IMG/VR virus record: IMGVR_UViG_3300023276_001265
Strand: one strand, 5' to 3'
DNA: 64,000 bases
Source: a virus
Part shown: positions 46,747-54,966 of the stretch, in pieces
How the letters are laid out: each line of letters opens with the position of its first letter
How positions within the stretch are numbered: position 1 is the stretch's first letter
Program-made: the position numbers and the translations under genes
Notes under the pieces: generated by a model
Database searches by the model: none
What the model was told of the DNA's origin: nothing
What the model saw: only the letters and a program-made list of their open reading frames with translations

Positions 46747-47690
46747 AGATGGACCCAGAGCTGAAAAAGGTGTGGGACCGTGGCTACCACCACGCCGTCA
46801 GAGGTACCGGGGTAAGCAATTTCGATTTTCAAGGTGAAGAATATAAAGCCTACAACGCTGGCTACGATTCTGGGATGAAGAGTCACGAGAAGATTCAGGT
46901 GGCGCCAGCTGAAGAGGGTGACGAAGTCTGGGATGCCTTTGACCGTAGTCAGCCTAAAACTCCCTGGTGGCATCGAGTCTTTAAGAATGATCGTAAAGAC
47001 TTCCAGTATGACATGTATGACTCAATTAGAGACGCCAGTGGGGATCTGGAGAGTAGTCAGGGGCACAAGTACGGGGAGCGGTTAGGGATCGGCGGCACTG
47101 CTATGGTCTTCAGGGGAGGATTGCACCCAGACCACGTCACTAAGCTCGAACTGGGTAACAGCGAAGCGCGACTAGCTGAATATGTAATGGGCAATGAAGC
47201 TCTTCGGAACAACGGAGCTTTACCTAATTTCCATGGGGTAACCCGCACGGAACACGCCCCGAGGGACAGGCGGATGGAACCTGGTCAGACTGTGCACGCC
47301 ATCCATCGCGAGGATCTCAAAGACGTTGAATTCAATGACGAAGAGGCGTGGCGCAAATATGTTAGCGCCGCAGGCAATTCAATCGGGACCCAGCAGTTCA
47401 ACTTTCACACTACTGCCGGGCGCGACAATATCGGTAGTCTTCTGGACCAGATCACCAGTGAACATCGACCGAATATGCACCCAGAGGATCTTGAGCAGTT
47501 CGATCAGTTTTCAGAGAACATAAAGTCAATGGCCCAAAACGGGATCCTGCCATCTGATATGTCCGTTACAGACAATGACCGCCATCTTGTGAACCTCGGT
47601 GTCAGACCATCCACGAACGAGGTCGTTGTCCGCGATATCGGCAGCTATCGTGTCGTAAGAAAGCCCTCTGGTCCGCGTCCGCAGATTTAG
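46680..47690 (+). CDS. Protein-kinase-fold protein with tag and RMF-like hairpin
   Basis: LGIGGTAMVF; VTKLE; IHREDL; PSDM....N; RDIG. Confidence 0.75.
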   Translation: MLAQNFNLIEGSLYRSPLRLMEEMDPELKKVWDRGYHHAVRGTGVSNFDFQGEEYKAYNAGYDSGMKSHEKIQVAPAEEGDEVWDAFDRSQPKTPWWHRVFKNDRKDFQYDMYDSIRDASGDLESSQGHKYGERLGIGGTAMVFRGGLHPDHVTKLELGNSEARLAEYVMGNEALRNNGALPNFHGVTRTEHAPRDRRMEPGQTVHAIHREDLKDVEFNDEEAWRKYVSAAGNSIGTQQFNFHTTAGRDNIGSLLDQITSEHRPNMHPEDLEQFDQFSENIKSMAQNGILPSDMSVTDNDRHLVNLGVRPSTNEVVVRDIGSYRVVRKPSGPRPQI

Positions 47691-47713
47691 AGCTAACCCC
47701 TCTGACTCTGAGA

Positions 47714-47799
47714 GATAGGCTAAGATGAGCTGATGCTCGCACAAAACTTCAATCTTATTGAAGGTTCGCTCTACCGGTCCCCTCTAAGGCTGATGGAAG
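47714..47799 (+). repeat. 86-bp exact direct repeat, copy 2
   Basis: Identical to 46661-46746. Confidence 0.95.
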
Positions 47800-48875
47800 G
47801 ATCCCCATCTGGATATTGGGACCATGAGAAAGAGGACTGGGTCCTTAACACCCCTAAGAGCCCCGCCACAGTGGCACGCGAAAAGGCAGAAATGGCTGCC
47901 AACACGAAGGCTTTTTACGACAACATGCGAGCGAATGAAACGCCCGAGGACAAGAAGAGACGCGCCCACGACCTCGGCTACCATCATGCTGTTCGCGGAC
48001 ATGAGCAGGACCCTAGCGCCTCCGATAACCAAGAGGCCTATATGGCCGGGTTCGAGGCGGCTAGAGGGAAGCACATTCCTGGGCTTCCTCCTAGCCTACG
48101 CCGAGACCTTGGCGGGCACTCCGGCATGCCCCGCTCCCGCCAGCACAAAAGTTTGATAGCGCTGCGTGACGCTTACGGTGATGATGGCCTTGCACGGACA
48201 ATGCGTGAGACGGGAGAGACCGCCGTTAAGGAACTAAAACAGTCTCGCCCAGAGCTCCAACTCGGTGATGAGCTCGGCTGCGGCAAGTTCGGCTGCGTCT
48301 ACAGGGCCCCTCCGCTATCAGATGGCACGGAGGCGATCATGAAGATCGATAGAGGCCTTGATGAAGGTGTGCTCGCTGAGGCCGTAATGCGAGACCCTGT
48401 CCTCAGCAAGCTCTCGTCCCTCCCGCGCTTTGGAAGCGTTACACCATTAAGTACTAATGACCCAGTGATGAAAAGAGGGGTAACGGCGATCCATCGAGAG
48501 AACCTTCGTGACCTTAACGCTGATGACCCACAGGAAAAGCAGCTTCAAGCATTCTTCGGGAATTGGTACCGGCCGTCCGGATTTGGACGGCATCTGAACG
48601 ACATTCTCCTTTACATGAGAGCAAAAAGGGGCATGGGTCGAGAGGACTACCTGCGCGGTTACGACGAGTTAATAAAGGAGGAACGACAACGGGCGGCTAA
48701 GAGCTTCGAGCCCCATGTAGGGGAACAGTTCGAGCGTGTCGCAGCTGATGTGCGTGAGCTTGTATCGCGAGGTGTGGTGCCGTGTGACCTTCATGAGGAT
48801 AATTGGGGAATTCGCCACAGTACCGGCGAGATTGTGATGCGCGATGTAGGCTGCGCTAAGGTGGCCGATGACTAG
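47733..48875 (+). CDS. Ser/Thr protein-kinase-like enzyme with tag and RMF-like hairpin
   Basis: LGCGKFGCVY; IMKI..E; CDLHEDNWG; RDVG. Confidence 0.85.
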   Translation: MLAQNFNLIEGSLYRSPLRLMEGSPSGYWDHEKEDWVLNTPKSPATVAREKAEMAANTKAFYDNMRANETPEDKKRRAHDLGYHHAVRGHEQDPSASDNQEAYMAGFEAARGKHIPGLPPSLRRDLGGHSGMPRSRQHKSLIALRDAYGDDGLARTMRETGETAVKELKQSRPELQLGDELGCGKFGCVYRAPPLSDGTEAIMKIDRGLDEGVLAEAVMRDPVLSKLSSLPRFGSVTPLSTNDPVMKRGVTAIHRENLRDLNADDPQEKQLQAFFGNWYRPSGFGRHLNDILLYMRAKRGMGREDYLRGYDELIKEERQRAAKSFEPHVGEQFERVAADVRELVSRGVVPCDLHEDNWGIRHSTGEIVMRDVGCAKVADD

Positions 48876-50526
48876 GCCCCTACTAAATCTGATAGAAGGG
48901 TCACTCTACCGGTCCCCTCTGAGACTGCTGGAAGCGCTGCAGGGCGAGCGTAAGCGCTCGTGGGACCTCGGCTATCGCCACTTCAAGAGATACGGGCCTG
49001 ATGGCTTCGATGACAGTAAGGCCGTTGACAAGGCCGCTTACAAGGTCGGATTTGATGGCGCAAGAGAGGAAGCCTCACAGGGAGCCTCACAAAGCGGACT
49101 TCGCGAGGTAAGCCGCGCTTCAGCTGTCCAAACACTGAAAGCCCTTCCGAGGGGTCTTCTGGCTGGATGGTTCAGGAACGCGGACCGAAAATACAAGGCC
49201 ATGCTCCTGAACCACATCAAGAAGAATCCAGAGGTTCGGAACGCCGGGCTGAACATCATGCACCAGGAATACCAGTCCATGACCAGGTCTCAGGTGCCGT
49301 TTGATGAGTTCATGGACACCCCCATCAGAATGTATCGAGGGGGTGGATCTCCTGCGGACGAGGCAGCCACGTCCTATTCCATGGACCAGAAGGTCGCCGA
49401 CTCATTCGTAGACCGGAAGGGCGCTGGTCTGTCTGTGATAGAGATCAAACCAAGGGATACCCTTGGGTCCTATCAGACCACCGCTGAGACTGAGGTTTTG
49501 ATTCCCTCGTGGGAAGGGAAGGACTTCATGGACGGTGACCCGCAGTTTAGAGGCCGCTCGAACTATGAGCTCCAGGCTGCAATCGGGGACACGAAGGCAG
49601 AACTGCGTCAGGACCGAAGCAGGTTGCCTGAGCTAAAAGCTCGCCACGGGGCCCTTCGTAACGAGCTCAAGGTTAGAGCTGCATCTGGCCATCAGAGCGT
49701 GAACCCTTACGATGTAGACCTGGAAGACGAGCGTAGAGAAGACGCGTGGGAACTAGGACGGTCTCACCGCGTAGACGGTCTCCCTAGAGACCCTGATCAC
49801 GCCGATGTCCGGCACAAAGGAGGTTATGAGGAAGGGTATAGTTCCGCCGAGATGAGTAGGGGTCAATTCCCCCAGGCTTCATGGGATGCAGGGCATGCTG
49901 CTGCCGATGCTGGAGAACTGGCCGATCGCCACCATCCGGACGTAGAAGATCCCAATGTCTACTTGAATGGCTACATGGCCAGTATGAATAAGCGCCCAGA
50001 TCCAAGGACGTCCGATCCGAACTATACCTATACGCCAGCCAACGATAACTATTACGACGTCGACCCAAATGATCACATCCAGCTACTAATTGATAGGTGG
50101 CAACAGGAGGAGCAGAGGCCTCGTCACGGAATAGGTCCTTTAATGGTTCCAGTTCACGAACTTTGGCCACACCGAGAGTATCTGCGCAACCCTGAACACA
50201 GTCGCGGTGGCGCCGAGCATTGGCATCAACTGAAGAAGAAGATGTCAGATGAGGGGTGGAATTCAGAGGAACCACTCGAACTACGCGTAGGCAGCGACGG
50301 GGGTGTGAAGATCGGCGAAGGAAATCACCGGCTGGCTATATCGAGAGAGCTAGGAGTCGACAAGGTGCCCGTTGATGTCGTCTACGATATAGGGCGTGTG
50401 ACGAAGAGTCCCCAGTCAACGCGTAGGACGCTCCCTAAAGAGAAGCCTCCAGAGTGGATGACCAAGGAACCCGGACCAGATAGCGATGAAGACCCGTTGA
50501 TTAAAGAACTATCAGGCCTATTTTGA
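48868..50526 (+). CDS. Multidomain protein: tag, RMF-like hairpins x3, ADP-ribosyltransferase-like domain, ParB/Srx domain
   Basis: R-S-E pattern MYRG..TSYS.D..VA..F..ETEVL; IGEGNHRLAISRELGVDKVPV. Confidence 0.75.
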   Translation: MTRPLLNLIEGSLYRSPLRLLEALQGERKRSWDLGYRHFKRYGPDGFDDSKAVDKAAYKVGFDGAREEASQGASQSGLREVSRASAVQTLKALPRGLLAGWFRNADRKYKAMLLNHIKKNPEVRNAGLNIMHQEYQSMTRSQVPFDEFMDTPIRMYRGGGSPADEAATSYSMDQKVADSFVDRKGAGLSVIEIKPRDTLGSYQTTAETEVLIPSWEGKDFMDGDPQFRGRSNYELQAAIGDTKAELRQDRSRLPELKARHGALRNELKVRAASGHQSVNPYDVDLEDERREDAWELGRSHRVDGLPRDPDHADVRHKGGYEEGYSSAEMSRGQFPQASWDAGHAAADAGELADRHHPDVEDPNVYLNGYMASMNKRPDPRTSDPNYTYTPANDNYYDVDPNDHIQLLIDRWQQEEQRPRHGIGPLMVPVHELWPHREYLRNPEHSRGGAEHWHQLKKKMSDEGWNSEEPLELRVGSDGGVKIGEGNHRLAISRELGVDKVPVDVVYDIGRVTKSPQSTRRTLPKEKPPEWMTKEPGPDSDEDPLIKELSGLF

Positions 50527-50548
50527 TACTCGCACAAACTTCAATCTT
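50524..50548 (+). pseudogene. Degenerate remnant of the tag-coding repeat
   Basis: TGATACTCGCACAAACTTCAATCTT versus TGATGCTCGCACAAAACTTCAATCTT (ATG>ATA, 1-nt deletion). Confidence 0.75.
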
Positions 50549-50553
50549 GTAGC

Positions 50554-50865
50554 CTATTTGAACTTGAGGTGGATCCGGTTACCAGTCTTCGGGTGTTCCC
50601 AGTAGTGGATCGTAACCTTACTCCCACCACTGGCCCGAGAGACGGCCTGACCTTTTAGGTGCCCCCTACGCTCGTCCTTACGGGTGCCAGGCTCGCCGCC
50701 TGGGTGAATGATGTGTTTACCCGTTCTGTTGTCCCGAAGGAATGACCCACCGTGTCCTGCCTGGACCGCACTTTTGAACATGTGCTCGTGGGTGTTGTTA
50801 GGCTCCTCACGGTAGGCCTGACCCTCGGCGATCAGACGAAGCGGAGATCGATGTAGCAGGGCCAT
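50554..50865 (-). CDS. Tagged miniprotein with a polymorphic-toxin-like C-terminus
   Basis: MALLHRSPLRLIAE; ends KVTIHYWEHPKTGNRIHLKFK. Confidence 0.65.
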   Translation of the reverse strand: MALLHRSPLRLIAEGQAYREEPNNTHEHMFKSAVQAGHGGSFLRDNRTGKHIIHPGGEPGTRKDERRGHLKGQAVSRASGGSKVTIHYWEHPKTGNRIHLKFK

Positions 50866-50927
50866 ACCCCCAGAATATCACACGTCGTTTTGCCTAGATC
50901 CCCTTTCTTGTCCATAAGGAGGCAGCA

Positions 50928-51101
50928 ATGGACGACATCGATAAAGAGGTCATTGCCCTAAAGGCGGCGATGGACAAAATCCTCGACGACCGAAGATCCA
51001 TCCACGCACCGTGCGAGAATGCCTACAAGGACGGCAGGGACGGTCTATGCTTCTGTGCTTGCTGGCGCTGCAGAGGGAGGGAGACCAGACACTGGCGTTA
51101 G
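50928..51101 (+). CDS. 57-aa protein with a Cys-rich C-terminus
   Basis: TAAGGAGG SD; MDDIDKEVIALK...CFCACWRC. Confidence 0.55.
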   Translation: MDDIDKEVIALKAAMDKILDDRRSIHAPCENAYKDGRDGLCFCACWRCRGRETRHWR

Positions 51102-51587
51102 GGCACACGTAGGGCACCCTTTCCGTATTTTCAGGAGTTGGCCGACCAGGAGCTCCAGCGATGCAACACGTTTACGCAGGGCATCCTTTGTTATCGGCTT
51201 GAGCTTCTCCTCAGGACAAGCGTTAGAGGTCACGTCGTAGAGGGGTTCCTCCTTGTTAGAGACCGTGCAGACCCTGGTCTGCCCTATCGCCGAGACGAGC
51301 CCATGAGCGCGAAGATCGTAAAGCCGTCGCACAAACGTGCTACCACGCGATACGTCCTTTGCGGTGTAGGCTTTTGTCGGCACCCCAGCCGCAACCGAAG
51401 CGTCCCGGTCCAGTTCTCTGAGAGTAAGGGGTCCACCCTCGTAAAGGACCTGGTAGACGACTCTCAGCGCCTTGGTAGCCCATCCTGATGCTTTGACCGA
51501 CTCCCAGGCCTCCGCAGACGCCGGACGCTTCCACGGACTAGAGTGAAGCATTGAATCATCAATTGTCGGCATGTCGTTCTCGTTCAT
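51045..51587 (-). CDS. Winged-helix-like DNA-binding protein
   Basis: VYQVLYEGGPLTLRELD..RRLYDLRAHGLV..RVCTVS. Confidence 0.6.
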   Translation of the reverse strand: MNENDMPTIDDSMLHSSPWKRPASAEAWESVKASGWATKALRVVYQVLYEGGPLTLRELDRDASVAAGVPTKAYTAKDVSRGSTFVRRLYDLRAHGLVSAIGQTRVCTVSNKEEPLYDVTSNACPEEKLKPITKDALRKRVASLELLVGQLLKIRKGCPTCALTPVSGLPPSAAPASTEA

Positions 51588-51748
51588 CTAGTACCACTTC
51601 CCGCAATCAAGGCACTCTCGCGATGGATCCCCTGTGCGAGCGAAGTTTGATGAAGATCGTGGCGGTTGCTGGACGCTGTGCGTCCCGCTCGACGTAGTCG
51701 CATATCAGCTCTACGTCGAGACCGGGCCACACATCAATCTGCTTGTCG

Positions 51749-52789
51749 CTACGACCCATCTGCGAGAGCGTGCTTGGCCACGCTGGACTTGAGCTTATCG
51801 ATCTCAATGCACCACGTCTCCATGCCGTTGAGACCGGCGTCACGGCGCAGAGTTGGACTCTTGAACCGAATGGACTTCTGGGCGACACGGACGATGGTCC
51901 GCACCTGCCGAGGAGTGGTGGCGCCGAGATCACGCACGACGGCTCCTACGACCTGGAGCATCCCAGGGACGCAGTAGGCGCTCTTGCAGGACGCCACGAC
52001 GCGCTTGGAGATACAGCGTGTGACCTCACCCTTCTTTTCATCCGGGAACTTGCCAGGAGTCCACCGCTTGTCGGTAGTCCACATAGTGAGGATGGTCCGC
52101 ATTTGCGTAACGAAGGTCTCGGGAATGACCGCATCGTGGGCCACCTCGTCCCAATACTTGGTCGTCTTTCCGCCCAGGAGTCCGATCCCGAGGCGCTTGA
52201 TGTGCTCGTAGAAGGTGCTGTATTCGCTAGCCAGGTCACGGGTCAGCTTTGCGACCTCGTTGTTCGAGACCAGACCGATGAACTTCTTCGACACCTTCGT
52301 CGCCTTGGAGTTGTAGATCAAGAACAGGTATCGAGCCTGCTCAAGGGACTTCACGGTGATGGTGACTGCAGGAATGCTCAGGCCAGCCTGAAGGGCGCCC
52401 TTCAGACGATGCTGACCATCAATGCACCACCGCTTGAGTCCGCGCTCACCTTTGAGGCGGGCCAGGAGAATAGGCGGCACAACAGGCGTGGGAGAGTAGA
52501 GCATGAACGCCGCCACCTCGTTGACCTGCTTATTGGAGAGCTGGCGCTGAAATCCGCCCTCCGTAGAAGTCCACTGCTGGACCTGATTCATCTCAGCGAG
52601 CGTGAGGTCCTTATAGGCCTTGGGAAGTTGGCGCTTAATGGCAGCTTTCCTGAGCTTGGACATCTCGGAAGCAGAGAGGGGTTGAGGTCCCTTCCGCTTC
52701 TTTTTCTTCTTGGTCGTCTTTTTGGTCGCCTTCTTGGTGACCTTCTTCTTCTTCTTGGTCTTTTTCTTTGCCTTCTTCTTGGTAGCCAT
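51749..52789 (-). CDS. DGQHR (ParB/DndB-superfamily) protein with a Lys-rich histone-like N-terminal tail
   Basis: FQRQL..IDGQHRL..FLIYNS; MATKKKAKKKTKKKKK... Confidence 0.8.
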   Translation of the reverse strand: MATKKKAKKKTKKKKKVTKKATKKTTKKKKKRKGPQPLSASEMSKLRKAAIKRQLPKAYKDLTLAEMNQVQQWTSTEGGFQRQLSNKQVNEVAAFMLYSPTPVVPPILLARLKGERGLKRWCIDGQHRLKGALQAGLSIPAVTITVKSLEQARYLFLIYNSKATKVSKKFIGLVSNNEVAKLTRDLASEYSTFYEHIKRLGIGLLGGKTTKYWDEVAHDAVIPETFVTQMRTILTMWTTDKRWTPGKFPDEKKGEVTRCISKRVVASCKSAYCVPGMLQVVGAVVRDLGATTPRQVRTIVRVAQKSIRFKSPTLRRDAGLNGMETWCIEIDKLKSSVAKHALADGS

Positions 52790-52836
52790 AGGGCCCCTTT
52801 CGTTGTCAATCCTTATACCTGGATGCTTGGCCGCGA

Positions 52837-53208
52837 TTAAAGCATTGCCATCCAGTCGAGAACAGACATATCAATGACCGCCTGACGGGCCAGACTCCAG
52901 GCTGATCTCATGTTCCACTTACCTGACTTCAGGATATCGATGGGGCGGTCCACGTGTTTACTGTGGAATGCCCCTCCCACCGTGACCGTCCACTCTTTGA
53001 GGGCATCGTCGCACGTAAGCTCAATCCCACAGGGCTCTGAGGTGGCATTGATGATCACGTCTGGGTTGTTATCGATCTCGTGATCCTCGTAGGACATCTT
53101 CTCTACGAGATAGAGTTTGATGGGCGCATTGTCTCGTTCACCTTGTGCGACGAACCTGACCCAACCTATAGCTGCTTTCATCGGTCCCAAGTCGGTATGT
53201 CCTATCAC
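52837..53208 (-). CDS. Hypothetical protein with C-terminal SVLDWMAML motif
   Basis: 123-aa ORF. Confidence 0.55.
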   Translation of the reverse strand: MIGHTDLGPMKAAIGWVRFVAQGERDNAPIKLYLVEKMSYEDHEIDNNPDVIINATSEPCGIELTCDDALKEWTVTVGGAFHSKHVDRPIDILKSGKWNMRSAWSLARQAVIDMSVLDWMAML

Positions 53209-53243
53209 GACATGGTTATACCGACTTAGGCGCTAGCAGCTAC

Positions 53244-54653
53244 TTAGTTCCCACTCTCACGACCGCCGCCAGGGGCGCGACGTCCGCCTCGTCTACGGCT
53301 GTTCGTGCGACCACGACCGCCCCCCTCATGGGGGCGGTGGCTGGTGCGGTTGCTGCCACGATTTCTGCCGCTTTGGGGATTATCATCTGCCCCGCCGCCT
53401 TGGGGGTCCTTACGCTGTCCAGTTCTAGCCCAACGCGGCTCGCCACGACCCGCAGGACCTGAGAATTCTCCAGGAGATGTATCTGGTTCTGGACGGGACG
53501 CTTGCCGGTCGCCCCTACCTTGGCGGGTGAATCTCGCATGGTAGCGATCGCGATCCTGCTGTCGAGCACTGGCTCTCTCTTGAGTATCCTTCTCATGCTC
53601 TGCCGAACTACCGTCAAACTGAGGGTAGTCTGGGTGTCCTGGGTAACCTGGATGGTTCTCGTAACCGCCTATGACCGGAGCACTATCGTCGTCGTAGTCA
53701 TCGTAGTCGAAGCGTCGATCGTCGTAGTCATAATCGTCATCGTAGTCATCGTAGTCGGCATAGTGGTAGCGATCGAGGTCATCGTCATCCCCGTTAGCCA
53801 GACGTGCCGCTCTCTGTGCTTCCCTGTCAGCCGCTTCAACGTCTCTCTGGCGTTGATCTATTACCCTTTTCCTCTTAGCCGCCCTAAGCGTTGTCTTCCG
53901 ATCAGGAATTCTTTCGACGTCCGCGTCGGACAGACCACTGATGTCCGAGTTCTTCTCACGACCACTAAGCGTCGACCGAACATACTTTTCATCGTAACCA
54001 CGATCTGTGTAGTGGTTGACAATTCGGTCGCGTTCCGCCTGGCGTTCCCGCCCGTAACGGCCAATCCCTGGATTACCCTGTGTAAACGCGTGCCCAATGT
54101 GTTCTGGGCTATGAGGAAGAGCGCGAGGCGTCTCGTTGTCATGCGGCTCGTAGATGCGCGGTCCGTGTGGGTGATCCCAGTTAATCTTGCTCCCCTTCTT
54201 GGAATAGATGGGCGAGTTTTCTACCTCTGGAGTTCGGGCTATTTCTGCCCGCTTAGTCCAGCGATCCGATGCTGGGTTAGCGTCATGGTCCCAACTGACT
54301 TTATTCTCCGGCTCCATCTCTTCAGGACTTTTGGTGTTGTATTGATGTTTATCCGGGTCGTCATCACCAATACAGGTGTTGTGCTGTGTTGCCTTAGAAC
54401 CTGAAGGGCACTTACCACCGTTCCACTGAGGACGAGTGAACCAACCCTTACCGTTGAAGCGCCAGTTGTGTTCTTTATCTGGAGGACCAGCACGCCTCTT
54501 CTCATGACCGGCCCGCTGTTGGGCGTGCGTATCTGTTGGATCTGCGGCTGCTCGACGCTCAAGTGCGCGGAGCCCACGATCCATCTCGCTGAGCAATTTC
54601 AACGGTGATCGACCGATGGAATCTAGAAGGATGAGGCTGGATCTGGTGAGCAT
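53244..54653 (-). CDS. Tagged disordered protein with D/Y-rich and R/G-rich tracts
   Basis: MLTRSSLILLDSIGRSPLKLLSE; TATACT 7 nt before the ATG. Confidence 0.75.
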   Translation of the reverse strand: MLTRSSLILLDSIGRSPLKLLSEMDRGLRALERRAAADPTDTHAQQRAGHEKRRAGPPDKEHNWRFNGKGWFTRPQWNGGKCPSGSKATQHNTCIGDDDPDKHQYNTKSPEEMEPENKVSWDHDANPASDRWTKRAEIARTPEVENSPIYSKKGSKINWDHPHGPRIYEPHDNETPRALPHSPEHIGHAFTQGNPGIGRYGRERQAERDRIVNHYTDRGYDEKYVRSTLSGREKNSDISGLSDADVERIPDRKTTLRAAKRKRVIDQRQRDVEAADREAQRAARLANGDDDDLDRYHYADYDDYDDDYDYDDRRFDYDDYDDDSAPVIGGYENHPGYPGHPDYPQFDGSSAEHEKDTQERASARQQDRDRYHARFTRQGRGDRQASRPEPDTSPGEFSGPAGRGEPRWARTGQRKDPQGGGADDNPQSGRNRGSNRTSHRPHEGGGRGRTNSRRRGGRRAPGGGRESGN

Positions 54654-54716
54654 GATGCTCAGTATAACTCCTTGTTGGTCCCCTATTGTAGGTAGAAAGG
54701 ACTAGATAGGAGCCCT

Positions 54717-54929
54717 ATGAGCAATGACGCAGACGCACGTAGACGGCAGGCCATAGCCAAGCTCAGCAGCGCAATAATGATCATAACCCACCTAGTCGGC
54801 GAGCCTGAGCTATCTGACTACTACAAGGAGCGACTCAGTGAGGTCTTAGAGAGCCTCACTAGATCCCGATACCTACTCGTTGAGCATGAGGAGCCGGATG
54901 GGATCCTAGACGAACTAGCGCAACTATGA
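54717..54929 (+). CDS. Small helical protein with C-terminal GILDELAQL motif
   Basis: AGGAG SD; 70 aa. Confidence 0.6.
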   Translation: MSNDADARRRQAIAKLSSAIMIITHLVGEPELSDYYKERLSEVLESLTRSRYLLVEHEEPDGILDELAQL

Positions 54930-54966
54930 AGTTCAGACCAGTGCTTCCTTTGGGTATACTTTGGTC

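Noticed and set aside
46661-47799. Diversity-generating retroelement or integron explanation for the 86-bp repeat
   Set aside because: The copies are identical with no adenine-specific variation, there is no attC-like palindrome, and no reverse transcriptase or integrase is in the window.
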